The notes under the pieces were generated by a model, which ran no database searches, had not been told where the DNA came from, and saw nothing but the letters and a program-made list of their open reading frames with translations. Below, piece by piece: positions 7,486-15,111 of a stretch of DNA of 20,000 nucleotides (its first letter is position 1; each line of letters begins with the position of its first letter). This DNA is from an uncultured virus (IMG/VR IMGVR_UViG_3300045391_004154) (lineage: Duplodnaviria; Heunggongvirae; Uroviricota; Caudoviricetes): the IMG/VR virus record IMGVR_UViG_3300045391_004154; one strand, written 5' to 3'. The translations under genes were made by a program, and so were the position numbers.

Positions 7486-9223
7486 GCCGCCCGTAGTTCT
7501 GGGCAAGAGCAGTTGGCCGCCCGATTACATGGCGGTGCACAAATGGCGCCAGCAACAGCTGATGATCTTTCGAAAAGATCAGAAGATGCTTGAGGCAGCG
7601 TTGGCCTACTATGCGATGCCCGAGCACGCAGCCGAGTTCATCTGCCACTGGGTTGACACCTACGACCCGCGCAATGCCGGCTCCAACCTGCCGACGCGCC
7701 TGCCACTGATTCTGTTTGAGAAGCAGGCCGAGCTCGTCGATTTTCTCAATAGTCTGGTCAAGAACCAGCAGAATGGGCTCATCGACAAGAGCCGCGACAT
7801 GGGTGCAACCTGGCTCTGCTGTGCCTACAGCGTGTGGGCCTGGTTGTTCATTCCCGGCGTTTCGATCGGCTGGGGCTCGCGCAAGCAGGAGCTGGTCGAC
7901 AAGCTCGGCGACATGGACAGCATCTTTGAGAAGCTGCGCCAACTCATTCGCGGCTTGCCGCGCGAGTTCTTGCCGCATGGCTTTGCCTACGCGCGCCATC
8001 TGAGCTTTGAGCGGATATTGAATCCCGAGACCAACGCCAGCATCACAGGCGAGGTCGGCGATAACATCGGTCGTGGCGGCCGCAAATCGTTTTACTTCAA
8101 GGATGAGAGCGCCCACTATGAGCACCCCGAGCTCATCGAGGCGGCACTGGGCGACAACACCCGCGTCCAGGTAGACATCTCAACGCCGAATGGCATTGGC
8201 ACCGTCTACGATCGCAAGAAGGAAAGCGCGATCGAGTGGAAGCCGGGTGACAAGATGAAGCCCGGTTTCACGCAGATGCTCGTGATGGACTGGTCACATC
8301 ATCCGGCCAAGACGCAGGCCTGGTATGATGAGCGGCAGGCCAAGATGAAGCGCGAAGGCCTCATCCACATCTTTCGCCAGGAAGTGGACCGCAACCCGGC
8401 GGCCTCGCTCGTCGGCGTCATCATCCCGCCCGAGTGGGTCAACGCCGCGGTGGACGCCCATGTAAAGCTGGGCTTCGGCGCGACTGGCAACCTGGTGGGA
8501 GCACTGGACGTGGCCGATGAGGGTGGTGATCTGAACGCACTGACTCTGCGCAAGGGCGTGATATTGCAGATGGCGGAGGACTTCGCCGGTGATGAGGAGG
8601 GCGTGGGCAAGAGCGCGCGCTATGCCATCGGCGAGCTGCACCAGCGTGGCTGCTTCAACCTGCAATATGATTGCTGCGGCATTGGCGCCGGCGTGAAGAC
8701 CGAGGCCGCCAGGCTGCGCAAGGAGAAGAAGCTGCCGCATGGTTTCCAGGTCATCGCCTGGGATGCGGGCCAGAGCGTGCTGCGGCCCAAGGAGCGCGTG
8801 GTGCCGGGTGACAAGACCTCACCACTGAATGAGGACTTCTACAAGAATTTGAAGGCGCAGGGCTGGTGGGAGTTGCGCCGGCGGTTCGAGAAGACCTTCC
8901 AGATGGTCACCGAGCCGTATATCTACCAGTACAAATTCAACGAGCTCATTTCACTGCCGAGCACGTTGCCGCGGCTGCCGCAGCTCAAGCGTGAGCTCTC
9001 GCAGCCCACGATCAAATATGATGGCGCCATGAGAATCATGGTGGACAAGAAACCAGACGGCGCGAAGTCGCCCAACCTTGGAGATAGCGTAATGATGGAT
9101 TACTTCCCGCTCCAGGGCGCGATGGTCGTCACCGACCAGCACCTGCGCAGCATGGGCCAGCCGACTCCGATGAAGATCAGAGGCGGCCAGTCCCAGCAAG
9201 ATCAGGTATCGCAGTTCCGGTGA
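7469..9223 (+). CDS. terL: Terminase large subunit
   Basis: Walker A KSRDMGATW, Walker B FYFKDESAH, ISTPNG, and nuclease acidic motifs ALDVADEGGD and SPNLGDS. Confidence 0.95.
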   Translation: MKLQYKPPVVLGKSSWPPDYMAVHKWRQQQLMIFRKDQKMLEAALAYYAMPEHAAEFICHWVDTYDPRNAGSNLPTRLPLILFEKQAELVDFLNSLVKNQQNGLIDKSRDMGATWLCCAYSVWAWLFIPGVSIGWGSRKQELVDKLGDMDSIFEKLRQLIRGLPREFLPHGFAYARHLSFERILNPETNASITGEVGDNIGRGGRKSFYFKDESAHYEHPELIEAALGDNTRVQVDISTPNGIGTVYDRKKESAIEWKPGDKMKPGFTQMLVMDWSHHPAKTQAWYDERQAKMKREGLIHIFRQEVDRNPAASLVGVIIPPEWVNAAVDAHVKLGFGATGNLVGALDVADEGGDLNALTLRKGVILQMAEDFAGDEEGVGKSARYAIGELHQRGCFNLQYDCCGIGAGVKTEAARLRKEKKLPHGFQVIAWDAGQSVLRPKERVVPGDKTSPLNEDFYKNLKAQGWWELRRRFEKTFQMVTEPYIYQYKFNELISLPSTLPRLPQLKRELSQPTIKYDGAMRIMVDKKPDGAKSPNLGDSVMMDYFPLQGAMVVTDQHLRSMGQPTPMKIRGGQSQQDQVSQFR

Positions 9224-11277
9224 AGCCCCACAAGCCCGGCGAATATACCCGGCGCAAGCGCCGGCAACCCGCGCCCGCGAAGAAGCGGCCGGCGATCGCC
9301 AAGCATCCAGTGAAGGCCAAGGCCAAGCCGGGACCGCGCCTGCGCGAGACCGGCCTGGGAGCCGACCAGCTTTCGCAGTTCACCGGCATTCAGCGCGAGC
9401 TGAAGAAGCAGGGCCGCAAGGAGCTGAAGGGCAAGCGCCTATTCCGCATCACCGATCAGATGCTGATGAACGCCAAGGGCAGCACGGCCGGCAGCGTGGA
9501 GCTGGCGCGGCGCATCTTTGCGGCCGCGAAGCCATTGCCGACGGTGATCCCAAAGGACAACACCAAGGCCCTGCTGGCCATGGACGAGAACATTTCGCTG
9601 TTCACCGCCTGGGCCGCGCAGAGCATCTACAACGGTGCGTTCCAGCAGGGCGTGACCTTCCTGGGCTATCCATATCTCGCCGAGCTCGCGCAGCGCGGCG
9701 AGTATCGGCGTGTGAGCGAAGTTATCGCCACCGAGATGACGCGCAAGTGGATCGAGGTCAAGGCCCACAGCGCGCAGAAGCTCCAGGTAACGCTGGCCGA
9801 GACGGAGGGCCAGGACACCGAGGAGGAGGACCTCAACGCCGGCGGGCCCGAGGAGGCGGACGAGCTCGAGGGCAATGATCCCAGCTTCCAGTACGATGAC
9901 GAGACGGCCAACGACAAGGCGCCAGTGGCCTGGGCCGACACCGAGCAGCAGGCCGAGCAGATGGCCGCGAGCCTGCAGGCTGAGCCGGCGCAGCAGCAGA
10001 ACGGCGAGGCGCCCACCGATCCCAACGCCAACATCGAGGCGGACGGCGAGGCGGACATTGACGTGGACGGCGCGGTGGCGGAGAGCCAGCCATCAGCACC
10101 GGACAAGACGGCCAAGATCAAGGAGCTGAACGAGGAGCTGGAACGTTTAAACGTCCAGGCCATCTTCAAGAGCATCGCCGAGCAGGATGGCTTCTTTGGC
10201 CGCGCCCATCTCTACATCGACACGGGCCACACCGACAACCTGCCCGAGCTCAAGATGCCCATCGGCGACGGCCAGGACCAGGTGTCAATGGCCAAGCTCC
10301 AGGTCGGCAGCATCAAGGCGCTCAAGACCGTTGAGGCCATCTGGTGCTATCCGGCCAACTACGACAGCTTTGACCCGCTCAAGTCAGACTGGTATCGGCC
10401 GTGCTCCTGGTTCGTCCAGGGCAAGGAAGTTCATTCATCTCGCCTGCTGACCTTCGTCGGGCGCGAGGTGCCGGACATGCTGAAGCCGGCCTACTCGTTC
10501 GGGGGCCTATCGCTCTCGCAGATGATAAAGCCGGTGGTCGACAACTGGCTGAACGTGCGCCAGAGCGTCGCCGATATCATCAAGGCCTTTACGGTTTTCG
10601 TACTGAAGACCAACCTGGCCACGCTGATGATGGAGGATGGCGACCAGGTAACGCGCCGCGCCGATTACTTCAACGCCACGCGCAGTAATCGCGGCGTGAT
10701 GATGGTGGACAAGGAGACGGAGGACTTTGCCAACGTCTCCGCGCCGCTTGGCTCATTGGACAAGCTCCAGGCCCAAGCGCAGGAGCACATCTGCTCGCTG
10801 TCCGGCCTCCCCCTGGTCAAGTACACCGGCATTTCGCCCAGTGGCCTCAACGCCACGAGCGAGTTCGAAATTCAGGTCTTCTACGACTGGGTGCGCGCCT
10901 ATCAGATGTGGTTCTTTGCGCCAAACCTGACGCGGGTATTCCACATGGCCCAGATTAATCTCTGGGGTGCCGTGGACCCGGACCTGTATTACGAGTTCTT
11001 GCCGCTCCAGGAGCTGAGCGAGAAGGATCGCGGCGACATGGAGAAGTCCGAGGCCGATCGCGACAAGGTGCTGATCGATGCCGGCGTGCTCCACGCGGAG
11101 GAAGTCCGCGCGCGGCTGAGCCAGGAAGATTCCGGACCGTATGCCGGCATCGACGTGAACAACGTCCCCGAGCCGCCGATGCCGCCGGGTGGTGAGGACC
11201 CGTTTGGCCGCGAGGAGGGCTTCGACGAGGAAGGCCCGGGCGGCAAGGGTGAAATTCCAGAAGGGCTGAATAAATGA
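9220..11277 (+). CDS. Portal protein (DUF1073-type)
   Basis: Follows TerL with a GTGA overlap. Contains FLGYPYLAELAQRGEYR, EMTRKWI, VHSSRLLTF, YSFGGLSLSQ and LVKYTGISPSGLNATSE. Confidence 0.9.
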   Translation: MKPHKPGEYTRRKRRQPAPAKKRPAIAKHPVKAKAKPGPRLRETGLGADQLSQFTGIQRELKKQGRKELKGKRLFRITDQMLMNAKGSTAGSVELARRIFAAAKPLPTVIPKDNTKALLAMDENISLFTAWAAQSIYNGAFQQGVTFLGYPYLAELAQRGEYRRVSEVIATEMTRKWIEVKAHSAQKLQVTLAETEGQDTEEEDLNAGGPEEADELEGNDPSFQYDDETANDKAPVAWADTEQQAEQMAASLQAEPAQQQNGEAPTDPNANIEADGEADIDVDGAVAESQPSAPDKTAKIKELNEELERLNVQAIFKSIAEQDGFFGRAHLYIDTGHTDNLPELKMPIGDGQDQVSMAKLQVGSIKALKTVEAIWCYPANYDSFDPLKSDWYRPCSWFVQGKEVHSSRLLTFVGREVPDMLKPAYSFGGLSLSQMIKPVVDNWLNVRQSVADIIKAFTVFVLKTNLATLMMEDGDQVTRRADYFNATRSNRGVMMVDKETEDFANVSAPLGSLDKLQAQAQEHICSLSGLPLVKYTGISPSGLNATSEFEIQVFYDWVRAYQMWFFAPNLTRVFHMAQINLWGAVDPDLYYEFLPLQELSEKDRGDMEKSEADRDKVLIDAGVLHAEEVRARLSQEDSGPYAGIDVNNVPEPPMPPGGEDPFGREEGFDEEGPGGKGEIPEGLNK

Positions 11278-11807
11278 CCAACATGGTAGCACGCCACCAG
11301 GAGCTGGCGCAGAAGGCCAAGGCCGCCGGCTCTCTCGAGGGCTTTGTCATTCACACTCGGGCGGCGAACGCGCATGCCGTCGCGCACGTCTCACCGTTGC
11401 ACGCCAATGCCGCGGCACTTGCCACGGGCCTGGCCTTTGATGGCTGGAACGAGAGCGATCATCCCCGTTCCGATAACGGGCAGTTTGGCTCGGCGACCAG
11501 CGCGCACAGCTCCATTGGGAGTAAGAGCGAGGCACAGGGTCATGCGCACAAATCGCTGCATGAGTCCGATTTTACCGAAGGTGCTCCAAATCATTTGGGT
11601 CGGCAAGGTAGCCTGCGGAACTATCACGGCAAGCACAAGGGCGAGGGCGCAACCGCCAGTCGCCTGAGCGTTGAGCCAGGGGGTGAGTGGAGTCATCATG
11701 AGCAGTACACGGCGGGAACACCCGACAAGGTGCTGCGCGCGGGTAAGAACCATGAGGACCTGGCGGCTTATTTAAAGGAGCATGCTGAAAAGCACGCGAA
11801 GAAGTAG
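11274..11807 (+). CDS. Accessory head-module protein carrying LAFD plus the HPR tag (candidate internal capsid protein)
   Basis: 177 aa, ATGA-coupled to the portal. Contains LAFDGWNESDHPRSDNGQFGS followed by one copy of a small alpha/beta module also seen in the ART protein. Confidence 0.75.
   Translation: MTNMVARHQELAQKAKAAGSLEGFVIHTRAANAHAVAHVSPLHANAAALATGLAFDGWNESDHPRSDNGQFGSATSAHSSIGSKSEAQGHAHKSLHESDFTEGAPNHLGRQGSLRNYHGKHKGEGATASRLSVEPGGEWSHHEQYTAGTPDKVLRAGKNHEDLAAYLKEHAEKHAKK
11430..11492 (+). repeat. Dispersed coding repeat, copy 1 (LAFDGWxESxHPRxxNGQFGS)
   Basis: By manual alignment it shares 52/63 nt and 17/21 aa with 15141-15203. Confidence 0.9.
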
Positions 11808-11809
11808 GC

Positions 11810-12622
11810 ATGGTGAAGAACGCCAAGCCCAAGCTCCTCAAGCCGGTTCGGCCCTCCGCGGCCATTGACGCCTGGTACAAGCGCAAGCTGGACCAGATGA
11901 TTGATGAAATGAATGCGTCGATTGCCTTCTGGCTGGAGCGCTCCTACGCCAGCCGCCAGGACCAGATCGTGGCAATGGATGAGCTGCCCGCCAAGCAGCT
12001 CAGTCGCGCGCTGAACAAGCTGCGCCGGCGCTGGCAAAAGAACTTTGATGAGGCGGCGCCCAAGCTGGCGAAGTATTTCACCCAGCAGGTGGACGACCGC
12101 AGCAAGAAGCAGCTGCAGGACATCTTGAAGGAGGCCGGCTTTTCGGTGGAGTTCACGATGACCTCCAAGCAGGCCGACGGCATTCGGGCCAACATCACCG
12201 AGAACGTGTCGCTGATCCGGTCCATCCCGCAGAAGCACTTTACCGACATCGAGGGCATGGTGATGCGCTCGGTCCAGGCCGGCCGCGATCTTCACACGCT
12301 GAGCAAGCAGCTGGAGAAGCAGTACGGCAAGACCAAGAAGCGGGCGGCATTGATTGCTCGCGACCAGAACAACAAGGCTACGGCCTTCTTGACACGCACT
12401 CGCCAGGGCGAGCTCGGCGTGAAGAAGGCCATCTGGGTGCATAGTCACGCCGGAAAGGTGCCGCGGCCGACGCACCTGGCCAACGACGGCAACGCCTACG
12501 ACATCACCAAGGGCTGGTACGACCCCGACGCCAACGGCAAGGGCAACGGCGCCTACATCTTTCCCGGCGAGCTTATCAACTGCCGGTGTATTTCCAGGTC
12601 CATCATTCCAGGGTTTTCATGA
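11810..12622 (+). CDS. Head morphogenesis protein (Mu gpF / SPP1 gp7-like, MuF)
   Basis: ENVSLIRSIP, RAALIARDQNNKA, WVHSHAGKVPRPTH and PGELINCRC. Confidence 0.92.
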   Translation: MVKNAKPKLLKPVRPSAAIDAWYKRKLDQMIDEMNASIAFWLERSYASRQDQIVAMDELPAKQLSRALNKLRRRWQKNFDEAAPKLAKYFTQQVDDRSKKQLQDILKEAGFSVEFTMTSKQADGIRANITENVSLIRSIPQKHFTDIEGMVMRSVQAGRDLHTLSKQLEKQYGKTKKRAALIARDQNNKATAFLTRTRQGELGVKKAIWVHSHAGKVPRPTHLANDGNAYDITKGWYDPDANGKGNGAYIFPGELINCRCISRSIIPGFS

Positions 12623-12813
12623 GCACGTTGAAACTGGACGCCAACGACACGCAGTTTGTTGCGCTTGCCACCTCGCTCGGCTTCACCGAGATGGAGGGCA
12701 GATACCTGGTGCGCGGCAAGCCGCTCAGTGCGGATGAGACCGAGCGGGTCCGCGATGCGCTGCAGGGCGGCATGTTTAAACTCTACCACGCCGAGGTGAG
12801 GGGTAGCGCATGA
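12619..12813 (+). CDS. Hypothetical protein (64 aa)
   Basis: ATGA overlaps at both ends; begins MSTLKLDAND. Confidence 0.65.
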   Translation: MSTLKLDANDTQFVALATSLGFTEMEGRYLVRGKPLSADETERVRDALQGGMFKLYHAEVRGSA

Positions 12814-13439
12814 GACCGCGCGAACAGATACTGAACTTCTTCAAGCAGTATCCCACGCGCCGGCCGGTCTCGCGCGTTGCGCTCTCGGGTGTCCTGAACA
12901 TCGCCTACCCCACGCTGGACGTGGTGCTGGAGCAGCTCAAGAGCGAGAACATGTTGGAGCAGACCAGCTGCAACGAGTGGCGGCCGACGCTGGCCTTTGT
13001 TCGCCTGGAGCTCGCCAAGCGCGAGGTGGCGGACGAGCATGCGGTGATGGTGATCACCAAAACCGCCGAGCGTCGGGCCAAGGCCGACAAGGTACGGTCG
13101 GAGAAGCTGGCCAAGCGCGAGGCCGCAATGCAGCAGCGCCTGCTGGAGCGCCTGCAGCGGGAAACGCAGCGCGCCAAGGAGCGCGAGCAGAACCGCCTGG
13201 TGCGGATGGCGGAGCGGGCGGATAAGGCGATGATCAAGCGCCTGGAGAACATTCTGGACGAGCGGCCCGTCCCCGGCAAGATACCGCCGGCCGTTGCCGA
13301 GCCGATCGTGTTCGTGCCCAAGGTGGTTCACTCCACGGACGACGCCTGGGCCCGCGTGCGGGCACGGCACTATTCCAAGCCGGCTTACCTGGGCAGCGAC
13401 TTCGTGCCCAATGAGAAAAAGATGATGGGAAGCCGATGA
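12810..13439 (+). CDS. Putative HTH plus coiled-coil protein
   Basis: N-terminal wHTH-like ILNFFKQ...VSRVALSGVLNIAYPTLDVVLEQLKSENML, then a long R/E/K-rich helix. ATGA-coupled at both ends. Confidence 0.6.
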   Translation: MRPREQILNFFKQYPTRRPVSRVALSGVLNIAYPTLDVVLEQLKSENMLEQTSCNEWRPTLAFVRLELAKREVADEHAVMVITKTAERRAKADKVRSEKLAKREAAMQQRLLERLQRETQRAKEREQNRLVRMAERADKAMIKRLENILDERPVPGKIPPAVAEPIVFVPKVVHSTDDAWARVRARHYSKPAYLGSDFVPNEKKMMGSR

Positions 13440-13741
13440 AACTGGTCAAGTGGCCGACAAAGGCCGAGCACGGGCAGCACACTTACCACTGGTGCCCGGC
13501 CTGCGAAAAGCTGCACGTCCTGCCAGACAGCTGGAGTCGCAGCGGGCCGGATGAGGCGCCGAGCTATTCGCCGAGCTTCCTGCAGTACGACGCCAGACCC
13601 GAGGGTAATTGCCACTATATCATTACCGCGGGCGTCATTCAATTCTGCCCCGATAGCTGGCACAAGCGCGGCGACGCGGTGCCGATGCCGGAGATACCCG
13701 AGACCGTGCTGGCGAAGCTGACCGAGGAGGTTTTCCGGTGA
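13436..13741 (+). CDS. Cys/His metal-binding protein, DUF6527-like, copy 1
   Basis: HWCPACEKLH...W...G...PSYSPSF...CHYIITAGVIQFCPDSWH. Confidence 0.75.
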   Translation: MKLVKWPTKAEHGQHTYHWCPACEKLHVLPDSWSRSGPDEAPSYSPSFLQYDARPEGNCHYIITAGVIQFCPDSWHKRGDAVPMPEIPETVLAKLTEEVFR

Positions 13742-14148
13742 ACGCAATGGAGGAGCCAGTGCAGCGCTTCCAGCGCCTCAGCGCCAAGATGATCCGGCGC
13801 TGCGGCTACCACTTTCCAGTCGGAGCCTGGACGCACGCGCACTGGTGTCCGGCCTGCGAGGAGCTTCACGACTTTGCGGTGGAGCAGCCCTTCACCAACG
13901 GCGCGCGCTGGACGGTGAGCGGCCTGGGCTTTGAGGCGCCGACGCTCAGCCCGAGCATGAACATCACCGTGGGCCCATTTCCCGTCGGCAGCGAGAAGCC
14001 CGGTGCGATGGAGGTCTGCCATTATTTCTTGACCAACGGCAAGCTGCTCTATCTGACTGATTGCACGCACCGGCTTGCCGGCCAAACCGTGGAGCTGCCG
14101 GATATCCCGGCCAGGGCTCTCCAATATATGACCGAGGTCTCACAATGA
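13738..14148 (+). CDS. Cys/His metal-binding protein, DUF6527-like, copy 2
   Basis: HWCPACEELH...W...G...PTLSPSM...CHYFLTNGKLLYLTDCTHRLAGQTVELPDIP. Confidence 0.75.
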   Translation: MNAMEEPVQRFQRLSAKMIRRCGYHFPVGAWTHAHWCPACEELHDFAVEQPFTNGARWTVSGLGFEAPTLSPSMNITVGPFPVGSEKPGAMEVCHYFLTNGKLLYLTDCTHRLAGQTVELPDIPARALQYMTEVSQ

Positions 14149-14453
14149 GCGAACACCTGCGCGAGTTCACGCGCCATCTGATTGACGAACGCGAGGGCGT
14201 GCCGGTACAGGTCGCCACGATCGTAGCCGTCTTCACCAACCTGGGCAACCTCATCGAGGGCAAGACGCCGGCCGAGCAGCGCGCGGCTGCGCGCGAGCTC
14301 CTCAAGGAGGACAAGGGCCTGGCCTTTGACGAGGAGGCCGACACCTTCGACACCATCAACGAGGGTGAGAGCGCCGAGGAGTTTGAGGCGCGCCGCCAGG
14401 CTGGCTTGGATTGGCCCACGATCACCGAGATTGTACGCGCGCCCAATGCCTAG
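14145..14453 (+). CDS. Acidic hypothetical protein (102 aa) with an internal LAFD
   Basis: ATG at 14145 (ATGA overlap, GAGGT RBS); KGLAFDEE with LAFD at 14319-14330. Confidence 0.65.
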   Translation: MSEHLREFTRHLIDEREGVPVQVATIVAVFTNLGNLIEGKTPAEQRAAARELLKEDKGLAFDEEADTFDTINEGESAEEFEARRQAGLDWPTITEIVRAPNA

Positions 14454-15111
14454 CGTCTCGGAAAAGCAGCACAACGCCATGGAGGCGGCCGCGCACGGCC
14501 ACTCCACGCTCGGCATTCCGGCCTCGGTCGGAAAAGAGTTCGTTCAGGCCGATAAGCTCGGTAAGGACGGCTTCACCGATTTGGGCGAGAGTAACGGACC
14601 GAGCAAGCCCCGTGCCGCCGGTGTCCTGGTGCGCGATTCGGATGGCCGCGTGCTGTTCGGTCGCCGCTCGGGCACCGGCGACTACGGTGGCCACTGGGCG
14701 CTGTTCGGTGGTGGCGTGGAGGACGGCGAGACCGATGAGGAAGCGGCGCGCCGCGAGCTCTACGAGGAGAGCGGCTACAAGGCCGATGCTCTCAACCACG
14801 TGCACGAGCACGACTTTGGCGGCTTGAACTTCGCGACCTTCGCGCATGATGTGGAAAAGCCCTTCGCGCCTGCGCTGACGGATGAGCATGACGCGTGGGC
14901 CTGGGCCCATCCGAGCTCGCCGCCATCCCCCCTGCACCCCGGCGTTGCCGCGACGCTCGGCGACGTGGCGCGCGAGCAGGAGCAGAAGTTCACCTGGGGG
15001 CCGGGCATGATGGAGATTGAGCAGCCGGAAAATCCCCAGCCGGCGCCGCCCTACGTCGAGGAGATCGATGACCCGGGCGAGGCCGCGGTAGAGATCGAGA
15101 TTTCGGAATAA
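14446..15111 (+). CDS. Nudix hydrolase with an N-terminal leader
   Basis: Likely start is the ATG at 14446 (MPSVSEKQH). Complete Nudix box GGVEDGETDEEAARRELYEESGY at 14710-14778, then LTDEHDAWAW...PLHPGV. Confidence 0.92.
   Translation: MPSVSEKQHNAMEAAAHGHSTLGIPASVGKEFVQADKLGKDGFTDLGESNGPSKPRAAGVLVRDSDGRVLFGRRSGTGDYGGHWALFGGGVEDGETDEEAARRELYEESGYKADALNHVHEHDFGGLNFATFAHDVEKPFAPALTDEHDAWAWAHPSSPPSPLHPGVAATLGDVAREQEQKFTWGPGMMEIEQPENPQPAPPYVEEIDDPGEAAVEIEISE

Noticed and set aside
9220..11277. Anti-CBASS Acb1 call for the DUF1073-type protein
   Set aside because: Such proteins are sometimes auto-labelled this way, but no pair of HxT/S 2H-phosphoesterase motifs is evident. Position and motifs indicate a portal.
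14326..14445. Upstream extension of the Nudix ORF
   Set aside because: It overlaps the 14145-14453 gene out of frame. The ATG at 14446 fits the coupling pattern.
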